DNA of 64,000 nt from Raja brachyura (lineage: Eukaryota), in contig OY740795.1 of the NCBI GenBank assembly GCA_963514005.1, forward strand, positions 124,001 to 188,000. Reading direction: 5' to 3'. The notes beneath the pieces are model-generated. The model was not told where the DNA came from and searched no databases. It saw only the letters and a program-made list of their open reading frames with translations. Position numbers and translations under genes: made by a program. Within the stretch, counting starts at the first letter, position 1. Each line of letters opens with the position of its first letter. Positions 23,621 through 37,700 of this stretch are shown here, one piece after another.

Positions 23621-24490
23621 CCGGTCGCCAGGGTCCACTCCCCCTCCCCCACTCCCCAGGACCTTCATGTAGTCACCCCCAGGACATCCCAGAAAACTCA
23701 ACCGTCAGCCAAACCGGCTGGAGATTTGCCGCTGCACAGTCAGCTCCGCCACTGAAAAGTGGTCATGAAGGAGTTCAAACGTCTCACTATCCACAGTTAG
23801 TAGACCATCCCGCAGGAGCAGATGAGCCTTCCCGCTGCATCCAAGTGGGGGGAACAGAGACATATAAAATGACAGAATTAAAGCACCGATCATCTCTGGA
23901 TCTTTAACAGAGGAGCCGTCAGCCGGGAGCAGCTCTACGAGATGTTCGCGGATTCCCAGCCCTTCAGCCAGAGAGAAAAATAATGGTAATGCACTGTCCG
24001 GATCGTGCAGCATCAGGACCCGCGAACTCACATAAGCTCAAGCTGCAGGTCTCTCCGTGCTTCTTTCCTGTCATGATACTCTCCCCACTCACAGGAGTCC
24101 TCACCAATCCGACACAAGCGAGACTCTGCGTCGAGTAATTCTCTGCGCCCCGCCTTCTGGTCGAACCCGTCGTAAACTTCTGATAAAAGGATGCAAGCCT
24201 TTCCCACATCCCACCACTGCCTAAGGGAAGGGAAACCCCTCCGCCTCTCTCTTCACTTCATCCAAAACCGACTGAATGACTCCTGGAATCGGCTATCCTC
24301 CAGCTGCTGGTTATTAAAGCGCCAGAACGCTGACCAGCTGCTGTGTGCGCTAGGATAAACTCCACTCACACCAGATACTGGTCCGAGCACGGCACCGGCC
24401 GCACAGAGGCCACGAGACACGAGAGAAATAAGCTCCGGAGATGTACATGCGATCGATACGGGAACCACCCCCTTCAGACATGCGCAAAAA
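23620..24490 (-). mobile_element. Tx1/L1-clade LINE ORF2 fragment (end of APE domain and linker)
   Basis: SRIDRMYIS..PCSDQ, WRFNNQQLED.RFQESF.RFW, WWDVGK, AYVSSR..FFSL..DGS..FY.SLF motifs across frameshifts. Confidence 0.75.
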
Positions 24491-24862
24491 AATGTTGGAA
24501 TGAGGCTGGAGCTGAAAGAAAAATATAAAAGATTCATGCAACAAATGTTCACCTTTATTTAGCTGTAAAGAAACTTCCAAATTTGTTTCCCGAGAGTTCA
24601 GCAAGTTTCAAAAATACCACATAGTAAGGCTCCACATTAGAGTTGATCGGCAGAATCATGAATGTTTTTATGGGACATGCAATATACTTTCAATGGGGAC
24701 AACAGCGGAGAAGATAATATTTTAGCAACTGAAATCCGGCCATTTGGACTAAGGAGGCTGCTGCATTCAAAGAAACACACGAGTAGGAAGAGGGGCAATG
24801 GTCTTCGTTGCGATTATCCCTACTAAATGGGGAGAAATATGTTTCACAATTTTCCCCATCAC

Positions 24863-27035
24863 ACATAGAAAAATAGACACATAGAAAATATGTGTAGGAG
24901 TACGCCATTCGGACCTTCGAGCCTGCACCGCCATTCAATATGATCATGGCTGATCATCCAACTCAGTATCCCGCACCTGCCTTATCTCCATACCCCCTGA
25001 TGCCTGTAGCCACAAGGGCCACATCTAACTCCCTCTTAAATATAGCCGATGAACTGGCCTCAACTATCTTCTGTTGCAGAGAATTGCACAGATTCACCAC
25101 TCTTTGTGTGAGAGCACAGAATAATTCCGCTCAGATTTACATTTTACGGAATCCGCGATTAAACATGTACGTTGTAGAAACATGTACATGTAGATATGTG
25201 AAGAGAAAGAGACTAGTTAAAACAAATGTTGGCCCCTTGCAGTCAAAAACAGGTGAATTGGTCATGGGGAACAAGGACATGGCAGACCAATTGAATAACT
25301 ACTTTGGTTCTGTCTTCACTAAGGAAGACATAAATAATCTGCCGGAAATAGCAGTGGAACGGGGGTCAAATAAGATGGAGGAACTGAGTGAAATCCAGGT
25401 TAGCCGGGAGGTGGTGTTGGGTAAATTGAACGGATTGAAGGCCGATAAATCCCCAGGGCCAGATAGTCTGCATCCCAGAGTACTCAAGGAGGTAGCCACA
25501 GAAATAGTGGATGCATTAGTGATAATTTTTCAAAATTCCTTAGATTCTGGAGTAGTTCCTGAGGATTGGAGGGTAGCTAATGTAACCCCACTTTTTAAAA
25601 AAGGAGGGAGAGAGAAAGCGGGGAATTACATACCAGTTAGTCTAACATCGGTACTGGGGAAACTGCTAGAGTCAGTTATTAATGATGGGATAGCAGCGCA
25701 TTTGGAAAGTGGTGAAATCATTGGACAAAGTCAGCATGGATTTACGAAAGGTAAATCATGTCTGACAAATCTGATAGAATTTTTCGAGGATGTAACTAGT
25801 AGAGTGGATAAGGGAGAACCAGTGGATGTGTTATATCTAGACTTTCAGAAGGCTTTCGACAAGGTCCCGCATAAGAGATTAGCATACAAACTTAAAGCAC
25901 ACGGTATTGGGCGTTCAGTATTGATGTGGTTAGAGAACTGGCTAGCAGACAGGAGGCAAAGGGTAGGAGTAAACGGGTCCTTTTCAGAATGGCAGGCAGT
26001 GACTAGTGGGGTGCCGCAAGGCTCAGTGCTGGGACCCCAGCTATTTACAATATATATTAATGATTTGGACGAGGGAATTCAATGCAACATCTCCACATTT
26101 GCAGATGATACCAAGCTGGGGGGTATAGTTAGGTGTGAGGAGGATGCTTGGAGGCTGAAGGGTGATTTGGATAGGCTGAGTGAATGGGCAGATGCATGGC
26201 AGATGCAGTATAATGTGGATAAATGTGAGGTTATCCACTTTGGTGGCAAAAACATGAGGGTAGACTATTATCTGAATGGTGGCAGTTTAGGAAAGGGGGA
26301 CATGCAACGAGACCTGGGTGTCATGGTACACCAGTCATTGAAAGTAGGCATGCAGGTGCAGCAGGCAGTGAAGAAAGCAAATGGTATGTTAGCATTCATA
26401 GCGAAAGGATTTGAGTATAGGAGCAGGGAGGTTCTACTGCAGTTGTACAGGGTTTTGTTGAGGCCACACCTGGAGTATTGCGTACAGTGTTGGTCTCCAA
26501 ATCTGAGGAAAGACATCCTTGCCATAGTGGGGGTACAGAGAAGATTCACCAGACTGATTTCTGGGATGTCAGGACTTTCATATGAGGAAAGATTGGATAG
26601 ACTCGGCTTGTACTCGCTGGAATTTAGAAGATTGAGGGGGGATCTTATAGAAACTTACAAAGTTCTTAAGGGGTTGGACAAGCTAGATGCTGGAAGATTG
26701 TTCCCGATGTTGGGGGAGTCTAGAACAAGGGGTCACAGTCTAAGGATAAGGGGGAATTCCTTTAGGACCGACATGAGGAAAACATTCTTTACACAGAGAG
26801 TGGTGAGTCTCTGGAATTCTCTGCCACAGAAGGTAGTTGAGGCCAGTTCATTGGCTATATTTAAGAGGGCGTTAGATGTGGCACTCGTGGCTAAAGGGAT
26901 CAGGGGGTATGGAGAGAAGGCAGGTATGGGATACTGAGTTGGATGATCAGCCATGATCACATTGAATGGCGGTGCAGGCTCGAAGCGCCGAATGGCCTAC
27001 TCCTGCACCTATTTTCTATGTTTCTATGTTTCTAT
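24863..27035 (+). mobile_element. Young 5'-truncated CR1 (~25191-27035) with uninterrupted RT frame, preceded by an inverted CR1 3' tail (24863-25110)
   Basis: Frame open from RYVKRKR to the stop at 26937 with [32 protein letters not shown]; (tttctatg)n tail. Confidence 0.93.
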
Positions 27036-27301
27036 GTTGTGGGCCGAGGAGCTTTATTCTAATGTTTCGAGACACAGGTCACAGAACTACATGATATATT
27101 CAAATATTGTGTACAAATATTATATAAATCACCGCTGAAACTCGTCAAGAACAGGACTTGCTCATTTCTTATTAAATTAGAGAAAACCCGGAAAATCTTC
27201 GCGTATTTTTGTTCCAATCAAAGCACGTTTAACATTGAATTGTACGCCATTTGGCCAATCGCGCGCTTTGTTTCAGGCTAGCCAGGCAGGCCGCACACAA
27301 C

Positions 27302-27554
27302 ATGGCTGAGAGGACTTCCACAGATGCCCGTTTTACTGGAGATTCTGATGAAGGTTCTTTCTAGTTCTGTGGAATACATGTCGTGGAAACTTGCAGCAGG
27401 GTGATTGAATTTAGTGAGAAAAGCATTAAGAAGTCTGAAGAATGTGCAGCTAAGTGGACAGAAGTGAAAGAAAGTATTGAAAGCAAAGTCCCTGCTGAGA
27501 TGCTGCAACGCAAATTTGAAACCAGTCAAACTTTAGGAATCAACGAACTGCAAG
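27302..27554 (+). pseudogene. Exon-like ORF with one in-frame stop, probably the first exon of a decayed DNA-transposon gene
   Basis: CCAAT at ~27255, caacATGG start, MAERTS..SF*FCGIH..FSEKSIKK.EECAAKW..E, ending at CAAG|gtaaga. Family assignment is inference only. Confidence 0.4.
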
Positions 27555-27651
27555 GTAAGATCTAAAGTCTGAATTTATGAAAATTAATCTGTATGGAGTT
27601 TAATTAATTGCACCCTTTATAATGTGAAAAAAAGAGATTTGGAGGCTGTAC

Positions 27652-27777
27652 ATTCACTCATTCAGTCACTCATTCACTTAGTCATTCAGTCACTCATTCA
27701 CACTCATTCACTCATTCACTCACTCACTCATTCATTCACACGCTCACTCATTCATTGAATCATTCACACTCATTCAT
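27652..27777. repeat. (TCAC/TCAT)n microsatellite running into an assembly gap (27778-27924)
   Basis: Direct. Confidence 0.9.
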
Positions 27778-29584
27778 NNNNNNNNNNNNNNNNNNNNNNN
27801 NNNNNNNNNNNNNNNNNNNNNNNNNNNNNNNNNNNNNNNNNNNNNNNNNNNNNNNNNNNNNNNNNNNNNNNNNNNNNNNNNNNNNNNNNNNNNNNNNNNN
27901 NNNNNNNNNNNNNNNNNNNNNNNNCTACCCGTAACAAGGTAAATGACACATTTTCGCTAATGCCAGTTTGCTGTGGTCTAATAAATCTTGAACATATAAT
28001 CTCGGAGCTGCCTGCAATAACTTACCGAGTACAAGTGCTCCGATCGTGGGGCGTATGTACTTAACATAGTGAAACCGCGGTCTCAATGAAGAAGCTGCCA
28101 ATTCGCGAACGCGAAGCCGCGGAGTGTGTTTGGATCATGTCCGCGGGGGCGGAGGGGGGCGTGGGTGGGGGCTTGGGGGGGGGGGGAGGCCGTACATAGT
28201 GCCGTCCGTAGCGTTCGTTTCCAGGCCCCGACCATGGGAGAAAAACGGACGAATATTCATTGCACCTTATAGGCTTCCATTGGAGTGAGAAATGGTCAGA
28301 AATGGCTGATGTTTATGTATAAATAAATTGGTGCATGTGAACTTGAACTTGAACTAATTTATCTATGGTTGTAACAGTGTTATTCTCATTAACATTAAGA
28401 AGAGGTTGACATTTTATGAATTGAAGTCCATGCAGACTTAATGACTATGAGATGGGTTTTTTTTGTAGCCTTTGCCTGACCCTCCACTTGAACTTGAACT
28501 AACTTATCAATGGACCTATGAAACTTATCAAAAGACTTGGAATCTGATGAAGAATATTCAGATGAAGATCAGATGTAATGTAAACAAATAAATTGGGGGA
28601 TTAAATGAATAGGTAAAGTTTTATTTTAGTGTCAATCGTTTCACTGTTTATTTGGGTAAATTATTTAAACAATGTGTGAATTACTTATGAGAATGGCGTG
28701 CTGGTGAATTACAGTGCGATAGTCCTGTGACAGTGCGACATCCACACATACATCCACACACATATCCATCCGCAGGCAGGCATACATGTACACATGCATC
28801 CACACACATACATCCACACATAGATCCACACACATACAGCCACACTTACATACACACATCCACAAACACATTTGACAGCTATACACAGACACACACACAA
28901 ACTACAGATACTCAAATAATGCAACACATTTAGGGTTATTTTAGGTTAAAGGTAATAGCCCTCATTTGCAAAGGCACCATCGGGGGGGGGGGGGGGGGTC
29001 TCTAACATAAATATAGGCTCATTATAGCTTAAAATGAATACTCATCGAGTAAACATCAGAGCATCAGAAATAAGACAGGTCTCTTACAGGTCTGTCACCC
29101 ATCCTGGCCCTGCCCCAGTCGCACTATGGCAGCTACCCCCACTCTTCCCACTATGGTAGTCAGTGGGGTTCAGTTAAAGTGGGAACCCAGAGGATCTGTC
29201 CCGACCCTTTAATTAGGCAGGTTCATGAGCCCTTAAAACCCGGGACCTCTGCTGCAGTCTCATTACATTTCCTATTAAAGCGACTGGAAGATGCCTTGCA
29301 GGAATGTCCCCCAGCCTGGCACTTCCCCAGTCCCACTCTGGCCGTGATCCCACTCTGCACACTGGCAGTCAGTGGGGTCCAGTAAAGGGAGGACCCCACA
29401 GGAGCTGTCCTCACCCATTATTTAGGCTGGTTCAGGAGCAGGACCTCTGCGACAGTGTCATTAAAAAAAGTCTCAATTATATTCAACATATTATTTTTAT
29501 ATAATATAATTATACTTAATTATATATGATTACAATCATATTTACAAGTCATATATATTATATATAGGTATAATAATATATAGT

Positions 29585-30330
29585 TTACCTGATCCTGAAT
29601 GTCGAAAAAACAAAGGAGGTTATCGTCGACTTCAGGAAAACCCGGCACAGTCCCACACCACTTCACTTCAATGACAGCGATGTGGAGGTGGTCAGTAGCA
29701 CAAAGTTCCTGGGGGTGTAGATCACTAACAGTCTGACCTGGTCGAACAACATCTCATCAACAGTTAATTGAGCGCAGCATCGGTTGCACTTTCTGCGCCG
29801 GATGAGAAGAGTTCATCTCCCCCATCCCATCCTCACTACTTTATACAGGGGCACCATAGAGAGTATTCTGACCAGCTGTATCTTTGTCTGGTTTGGGGAC
29901 TGTAGAGCCTCCGACTGGAAGTCTGTGCAGAGAGTGGTGAGGACAGCGGAAAAAATCATCGGGACCTCTCTCCCCTCAATCGGGGACGTTGCGTGTCTAA
30001 GGCCAGCAGTATTATAAAATACCCCACACATCTCCATCACGGTCTGTTCACTCTGCTGCCCTCGGGAAAAAGATATCGCAGCATAAGGAGCAGAACATCA
30101 AGGTTCTGCAACAGCTTCTTCCCACGAGCCATCAGACTCCTGAATGCCATGTAAAGGGCTGCCATCGTTGTCTATTTATCCTTTTATCCTTTTCATCCAT
30201 GCCTATCCTTCTGTTAATTTATTGTGTTGCACAGGGAGCCAAATGGAACGTAATTTCGTTTGGAACTGCATATATCAATGTATTTCTAAATGACAATAAA
30301 GTTTATTTGACGTTTGACTTTTTGACTTGA
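29585..30330 (+). mobile_element. Rex1/Babar-type LINE 3' fragment
   Basis: LNVEKTKEVIVDFRK..KFLGV..YRGTIESILTSCI.VWFG..LFTLLPSGKRYRS; aatttcgtt..aatgacaataaa end with (ttgac)n tail. Confidence 0.8.
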
Positions 30331-31304
30331 TTTTTAAAAGGACTGCAACACGGAAATAGGCTGCCCATGGTGTAATATGTGCATTGGCCACTTGATGACG
30401 CTTACTTTCCCGCTCTCATTTTCCAATTTGTTTAATTAATTAACGTGCAACTTTTGGCAGTGACATCCTTCTCGATTATATTTCATCTAAATCTGTGGAA
30501 ATGTTCATGTTGTTCTGTGACGTGGGTCACAAAACGGATTTCTAGACACATTTTTGATGCTCGGCCCACAGCCCAATGTCACTGTCAGGGGATGCTGCAT
30601 GATAATATTGGAAGAGTTGACGTATGGACACCTGGAGGAGTGTATTAACACGTAATTTATTAGCCATTGGTGAACGACAGAGTGCTCGAGCAATGATTTA
30701 TTTTAGAACAAGATATCTTCATTTTAATTCATAATTGACAGAATATTTTATTTTCTTCACAGATTGTGAGGGAAGACGAAAAATAGGTAGATACAAAGTT
30801 GACCCTCCACCAGCCCCAACGTTGTAGTATCAGGGAAACAGTATGCGGCTTACTGCCTCTTAGGTGCAAATGAACAGCAGGCAGTAACTCTGCAGGAAAA
30901 TGATAGATAACATTTCTGGTCAGGATCATTCTTCCGTCTGAAAGTAGGGCGAGGCCACTGGATGCAAGAGTAGGCCAGAACAAGGCAGGGAAGGCAACAA
31001 ATGTCTAAGAAAGAAATTAGCCCATAATCACCCATTATTGACTGGGGAACAAGTGATAACAAACAACTACAAAAATGCGAGCAGTACAACTAGTATGATG
31101 ACTTAGCTGGGGGAGAGGGTGAGAGAAAGGGAGACATGTAACATACGATAAGCTGTCCCTCCATTTTTCGCGTGGCCTCGCTCTAACAGTTGAGGAGGAC
31201 AACGACAGAAAGGTTTACATGGGTATGGGAACAGGTGATAAAATGTTTGCCCACCGGAAGAACGTAAAGGCAAATGCGGAAAATAATTTGTTACCGTTCA
31301 TAGG

Positions 31305-31665
31305 ACCATAGAATCACAGAGTCATAGAGTGATACAGTGTGGTATCTGGGCCTTCGGCCCAACTAGCCTCACCGGCCAACTATATCCCAGCTACACCAGT
31401 CCCACTTGCCTGCACTTGGTCCATATCCCTCCAAATCTCTCCAATCCACGTACCTGTCTCATTGTTTCTTAAACGATGGGATAGTCCCAGCCTCGACTAC
31501 CTCCTGTGGCAGCTTGTTCCATACGCCCACTACCCTTTATGTGAAAAAGTTTCCCCACGGATTCCCATTAAATATGTTTCCCTTCTCCATAAACCTATGT
31601 GCTCTGGTAGTCGATTCTCTGGGCAAAGGTTTCTGTGCATCTACCCGATATATTCCTCTCGTGAT
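31305..31665 (-). mobile_element. HER1/CR1-type 3' fragment
   Basis: catagagt tail; reverse strand encodes YKITRGIYRVDAQK..TRAH..FF. Confidence 0.65.
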
Positions 31666-32106
31666 TTTGTATTTCTCACACTGCTCACCTGTAGCTTTAC
31701 ATTCGATAGATGTTTTCCGCATACATAAGGTATTTTAATCACGGCATCTGTATGGAACTTTACACAATCTAGATCATCCGCTGCTAAAACAGCAGATTCT
31801 CTTTGAACCGATGATGAAAGGAAATCATATATACAACACGTTGCACATATATTCACTCATTTTGCAAACAATATGTTCTCGGCATATGTGTACAAATTCT
31901 TGAAAAACAGAAGTGGAATGATTGAACTGAGCACTTGGGAATACGCACATATGGCGCGATTGAGCCCATGAACCCCCGAAGCACTTGCGCGTGCACGACA
32001 GGGCGAATGGACATAGAATGTCCACACATTAAATGTTGTATTTTCATATAAACCCTACAGCATGAAGCCTAGCAGGTCGATCGTTTTTGTTATATTAATT
32101 TAACTA

Positions 32107-34139
32107 TCAGTTTGCCGATTTAAATATCTTTCCAGTGTAACGGATTGGAATGGTTAGCACGCGGAACAGCTCCTCTCTGAACTTTTTCTGTGTCACGATG
32201 TAAATGGCCGTGTTGGTGCAGGAGCTCAGCAGCTGAAGCATATATCCAACCCTTTCCAATTCTTCCAAAGGGTATCCCGAGGACTTGTACATAAACACTT
32301 TCAAACTTCGAACCGCTATAAAGTGTACAACACTTGTGGCCCAGAGCAGGATGAAGCAGCTCGAGATTGCCAGAAGTAAAACGACCGACCGTCTGCGGTT
32401 CACCATCTCCTGGTCTTTCTTTTTCTCCCCACCGCTTAGGTCTCGGAGGTTCCTGCGGACCCGACTGGCCATGAAAATACGCCTGACAGTGAGCGCGTTA
32501 AACAACAAAATCAGGCAGAATGGAATCGCCGGGGTGAACAACTGTTCGATCCAAGAGTACACCATCCATTCGGGACGCATATAAAACTCTAAAGGTTTGA
32601 GGCAGCCGTGCAGCCCACCCGTTCCGGGATAGGAAATGTATGCGAAGGGCAAGGGAAGGTTTTTAAGGCAGACGAACGGGCTCACTGTCAGGATAACAAT
32701 CGACGCGCTTCTCTCGGTGCAATATTTTACTTTCATGTTCTGAGTAGAAATCGCAACAAAGCGATCAAATGTGAAAGCGACTGTGAACCATACAGAAGAA
32801 TCCACCGCCACGGGAGCGAGGTAGAATATAATTTTGCACACAGGAGTGTAGGGCAAGGAAGCAGGCCACAAATAAATATCAGCAATCCGACGAAGTATCA
32901 CGTCAATGAGAAGCACAGGGAGGTCCGCGGTCGCCATGGCTACCATGTAACGAGTGGTGCACTTGGAGAGGCCGCACTTGCCACGGGACAGGATCATAAT
33001 CGCCATCAGATTGACTGGGAAGGAATAAAAACATAAGATGATTAATTGTGTGCGGTATGCGTCGGTAGGTGAGGGTTATTTAAACGTGCGAATATATGGG
33101 ACGATCAAACAACGTTTGCTATAAAGATGTTCAATCGTCAGCAAATTATTAAATAACTGGGTACCAAAATGAGTGAGATTTCCGTTTCTATTTATCTTCA
33201 CATATTTCTGCCAACCGTTTAATATTGAAGCTTTGTTATCCCGGCATAATCTCTGCAGCTACAGTCTATATTATATGTACTTGAAAAACCTATCTTAAAA
33301 TTGCCTCCCGACCGCAGGGGGAGCATGTACGGTTGTTCACAGTGATGTTTTTTGTTGAACAAGTTGTTCATACGATCTTCAAATCTGTCTCTGCGAAATT
33401 ATCCCTGTGAAATTTTAAGAGCTTTACAGATAATGCTGTGGCAAATTACTGGACGGTGTGTTTTTTTTCTTTCTACCGAGTGCACTACGCTCTGCGGAAC
33501 CGGTAGTCTCACACACTGCGATTACGCCGTGTCGCTTGCCCCACCAACAGAGCAGGTGCGGGGCATCGTTTGCAGCCAAAATCAGTGCAGGCTAAATTTG
33601 TATCAGAGTCTGTGAGCCGCCATCCATCAACGAAGCCAACGCGTTCCCTCTCTCCGAAGATGCAAATTGGTTTATTTTAGTGTAGTTTAAATGTACAGCA
33701 TCGAAGCGAGTCCTCCGGTCCATCGGGTCCGCGCACACCAGCGACCCACGCAGAACAACAATATTCGACACACACTAGCGACTTAAAACAAATATATACT
33801 AAATCAATTAACCTACAAACCTGTCTGTCTTGGAGAGTTGGAGGAAACAGAAAATCTCGGAGAAACCCCACGTTGGTCACGAGAAGAACCTACAAATTAT
33901 GTAAAGACAAGCAACCGTAGTGGGGAGCGAGCCCTGCACCATCTATCGCTGCGCCACCGTGCAGCACTTAATCCTGCTGGGTTATTCAGTATGTTCTCTT
34001 AATCTTTACTCCTATGCACTTTTCAAACAGTCTTTGTCAATTCAATGTGATGTACCGAAAATTACCTACCGGGTACTCCAATTGCTGCAAGAATCGGGTA
34101 ATACACAGATTCTATATACACGGTCTCACTGTAATACAT
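32107..34139 (-). CDS. GPR139/GPR142-like class A GPCR, copy 1 ('probable GPR139' type): join(34139-34070, 33014-32107), 325 aa
   Basis: Exon 1 MYYSETVYIESVYYPILAAIGVP G|gtaggt; acceptor cccag|TC. Exon 2 VNLMAIMILSRGKCGLSKCTTRYMVAMATADL..SVWFTVAFTFDRFVAI..PFCLILLFNALT..FILLW..LSSCTNTAIY. Seven hydrophobic segments, no stops. Confidence 0.9.
33676..33965 (-). mobile_element. HE1/V-SINE-like SINE in the intron of GPCR copy 1
   Basis: ggagaaaccccacg..gtcacgagaagaac..cgctgcgccaccgtgc; orthologous copy at 58950-59225. Confidence 0.7.
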
Positions 34140-34799
34140 TTTAATGCGACGGTCTAGGCGATCACTCCTGGTGCTGCCACTCAGCGATTGTCAGCGAAAC
34201 GAACCAATCTCTGGCAAATTTATAAAGTAAATAAAGGAGAAAATAGGCAATTAGATTCCATCCCTGTGGACATTACTTACAGACTTTGGAACAAACATGT
34301 ACTTGTTTTCAATGTAATATTCAGATATCACAATCATGCGGGCGACCGCTCCATACTTTTCCAACAGCAGGCAGTGAAGCATGAATTTAAATAAAAAATC
34401 CAAACTAACGCTAGCGCTGTGAAGTTGCTCGCGAGTGTTCCGAGCAGCGATTTATTTCGTTGAACCTTACGTCCGATGACGGGAGAAGGAAAGCTGTCAA
34501 TTCTGGCCTGTACCTGTGCAACTTGAGTATCCAGACGGCGATAGCAGAGCCAGACCGCAACGCAGTATCGGCACCTGAGCATATCCACTGGGCACTTTGA
34601 GGCAGTTTTCTCAGAAAAGTTACTGATGGGGCGAAAGAGCAGGAAAATAGAGAAGAACCGCAGAGTTTATCAAGCATTAATAAAACACGAACATGTAAGT
34701 TAATTATCATGGCAGCGTCGTTTGTCGGCTCCGTCCCGGGGTTAGCAGCCAGAGGTCGGAAAGGATGGGGGGGGAGGGGGGGGGGGGGGTCATGAGGTC

Positions 34800-37700
34800 A
34801 TCAGGGTTCGGAGTAAAATAAGGCCATTCTGCCTTTTATGTCTCATGCGCCTTTCAATCATGACGTATCTATACCCTATCCTACACCACTCTCTTACTTT
34901 CTGCTCATAACCACTGATACCTGTACTATTCAATCATCGATCTATCTCTGCGTGGAAAATATCCACAGTTATCCCCCACGGCCTTTGTGACAAAGTATCC
35001 CACAGATTGAAAATAGAGGACTAAGAAGGCGTGTTGACCAAAGAGGTCTATGAAGACATGAGAGAGGAGCTCATGCTATTCTGAAAAGGAACCGTTCACA
35101 CCTGCTCTTTGCTTCCTGTCTGCCAACCAATGTTTTATCCATGTCAACACGCTAACCCCACTACTAATATTGTCCGCTATTTGCTTCCAATATTGTCTAT
35201 TGTCTATTGAGTTGGCCAAGGTAAACTGGAAAGGGATCCTAACAGGAAAGACGATGAAACAGCAATGCCTGGAATTTCTGTGCATATTCTGGAAGACGCA
35301 GGATCATTTAATTCCAAAAAGGAAGAAAGATTCTAGTTGAGTAGGAGGCAACCGTGGGTGACAAGAGATGTTAGGGATAGAATAAAACTAAAATAAAAGA
35401 TGTATAACACGGCAAAGAGTAGCCGGAAGCTGGAGGATTGGGAAACTTTCATAACACAACAGAAGGAAACAAACCGGGCTATACGGGCCGAAAAGATGAA
35501 GTACGAGGGGAAGCTAGACAGGAATAGAAGGAAGGACAGTGAAACCTTATTTAGATATGTTAAGGGAAAAAGAATATCCAAGTCAAATGCGGGTCCCTTG
35601 AAGGCAGACACGGGTGAAATTATTATGCGTAACAAGAAATGAAAGAAGAGTTCAACATGTACTTAGGATCTGTCTTCAGTAATGGAGCGAGAGGGAAAAC
35701 GGGGTATTGCAGACCAGTCAGCCTTACGTCGGTGATGGAAAAGATGCTGGAGTCAGGTATTAACGAGGTAACAATGGGGCATTTTGATAGCAGTAAAAGG
35801 ATTAGTCCAATTCAGCATGGATTTATGAAAGTTAAATCATTCTTGTCTCTTTTTTGAGGATGTGACAAGTATAATGGATGAAGGGGAGCCAGTGGATGTA
35901 GTGTATCAAGGCCTTCTTGAAATCCTTTGATGAGGTCCCGCACGGGAGACTGGTGAATACAATTAGAGCATATGGTATTGGGGTAGAGTATTGACATGGA
36001 TAGAAAATTGGTTGGCAGACAGGAAGCCAAGTGTAGGAATGAGCGGGTATTCTTCAGAATGGCAGGCAGTGGCTAGTCGACTGCCGAAAGGATCGGTGTT
36101 GGGGCCGCAACTGTTTACCATATATATTCGTGCTTTGGAAGAGTGAATTAGGGGCAACCGGCAAGTTGGCAGTGTGAATTGGGAAGAGGATGTTAGGAGA
36201 TGGCAGGGTGATCTGGGCAGATGCGTAGCCGATGCAGTATAATATAGATAACATAGAAACATAGAAACAGATAAAATAGGAGCAGGAGCAGGCCGTTCGG
36301 CCCTTCGAGCCAGCACCGCCATTCATTGTGATCATGGCTGATCGACCGCTATCAATAACCCTTGCCTGCCTTCTCCCCATATCCCTTGACCCCACTAGCC
36401 CCCAGAGCTCTATCCAACTGTCTCATAAATCCATCCAGTGATTTGGCATACACTGCCCTCTGTGGCAGGGAATTCCATAACTTCACACCTCTCTAGGTAA
36501 AATAGTTTTTTCTCACCTCAGTCTTAAATGACCTCCCCTTTATTCTAAGACTATGGCTCCTGGTTCCGGACTCACCCAACATTGGGAACATTTTTCCTGC
36601 ATCTAGCTTGTCCACTCATTTTATAATTGTATATGTTTCTATAAGACCCCCCTAAACTCCTTCTAAACTCCAGTGAGTACAAGCCTTGTCTTTTCAATCT
36701 TTCCTCATATGACAGCCCCGCCATCCCAAGGATCAATCTCGTGAACCTATGCTGCACTGTCTGAATCACAAGGATGTCCTTCCTCAAATAAGGAGACTAA
36801 AACTAGACACAATATTCTCGATGTGGTCCCATCAACGTGAGGTTATCCACTTTGATGCAAAAATAAGGGGGCATATTATTATCTCAATGGGGTTATGTTA
36901 GGTAAGGGGGAGGTGGAGCGAGACCTGGGTGTCCTTGTACACCAGTCTCTGAAATATGGTGTGCAGGTACAGCAGGCAGTAAAGAATGCTAATGGAATGT
37001 TGGCCATCATAACAAGAGGATTTCAGTCCAGGAGTAAAGAGGTTCTTCTGCATTTGTACAGGCTCTGATGAGAGCTCATCTGGAGTATTGTGTACAGTTT
37101 TAGTATCCTAATTTAAGGAAGGACATCCTAGTGATTGAGGCAGTGAAGCGTAAATTCACGAGATTGATCCCTGGGATGGCGGGACTGTCGTGTGAGGAAG
37201 GATTGAAAAGACTGGAGTTTAGAAGGATGAGAGGACTCTTAAATAAACATATAAAATTATAAAAGGACTGAACAAGCTAGATGCACATGTAGGGGCCACA
37301 ATTTTAGAATAAAAGGGGAGGGGCATTTAAGCGTGAGGTGAGGAAAAAACCTTTTCACTCTCAGAGTTGAGAATTTGAGGATTCCCTGCCACAGAGGGCG
37401 GTGGGGGCCAAATCACTGGATGGATTTAAGATGGAGTTAGATAGATCTCTCGGGGCAAGTGGAATCATGGGATATGGGGAGAAGGCAGGCACGGGTTATT
37501 GATTAGGGGCGATCAGGCATGATCACAATGAATGGCGGTGCAGGCTCGAAGGGCCGAATGGCCTCCTCCTGCACGTATTTTCTATGTTTATTTGTTTCTA
37601 TTCGCCACGCTCTGACTAAAGCCATTTCTCATCGGCTCCATCCGAAAAGAACGTCCGTTAATTCTGAAGCAATTACCTCTACTCCGAGACCTTCCTACTC

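Noticed and set aside
24940-26937. 665-aa ORF as a novel RT fusion protein
   Set aside because: The first ~85 aa are antisense CR1 tail plus filler read in frame by chance; the remainder is ordinary CR1 ORF2.
33339-33345. Isolated CACAGTG heptamers (also ~57167)
   Set aside because: No nonamer at 12 or 23 bp spacing.
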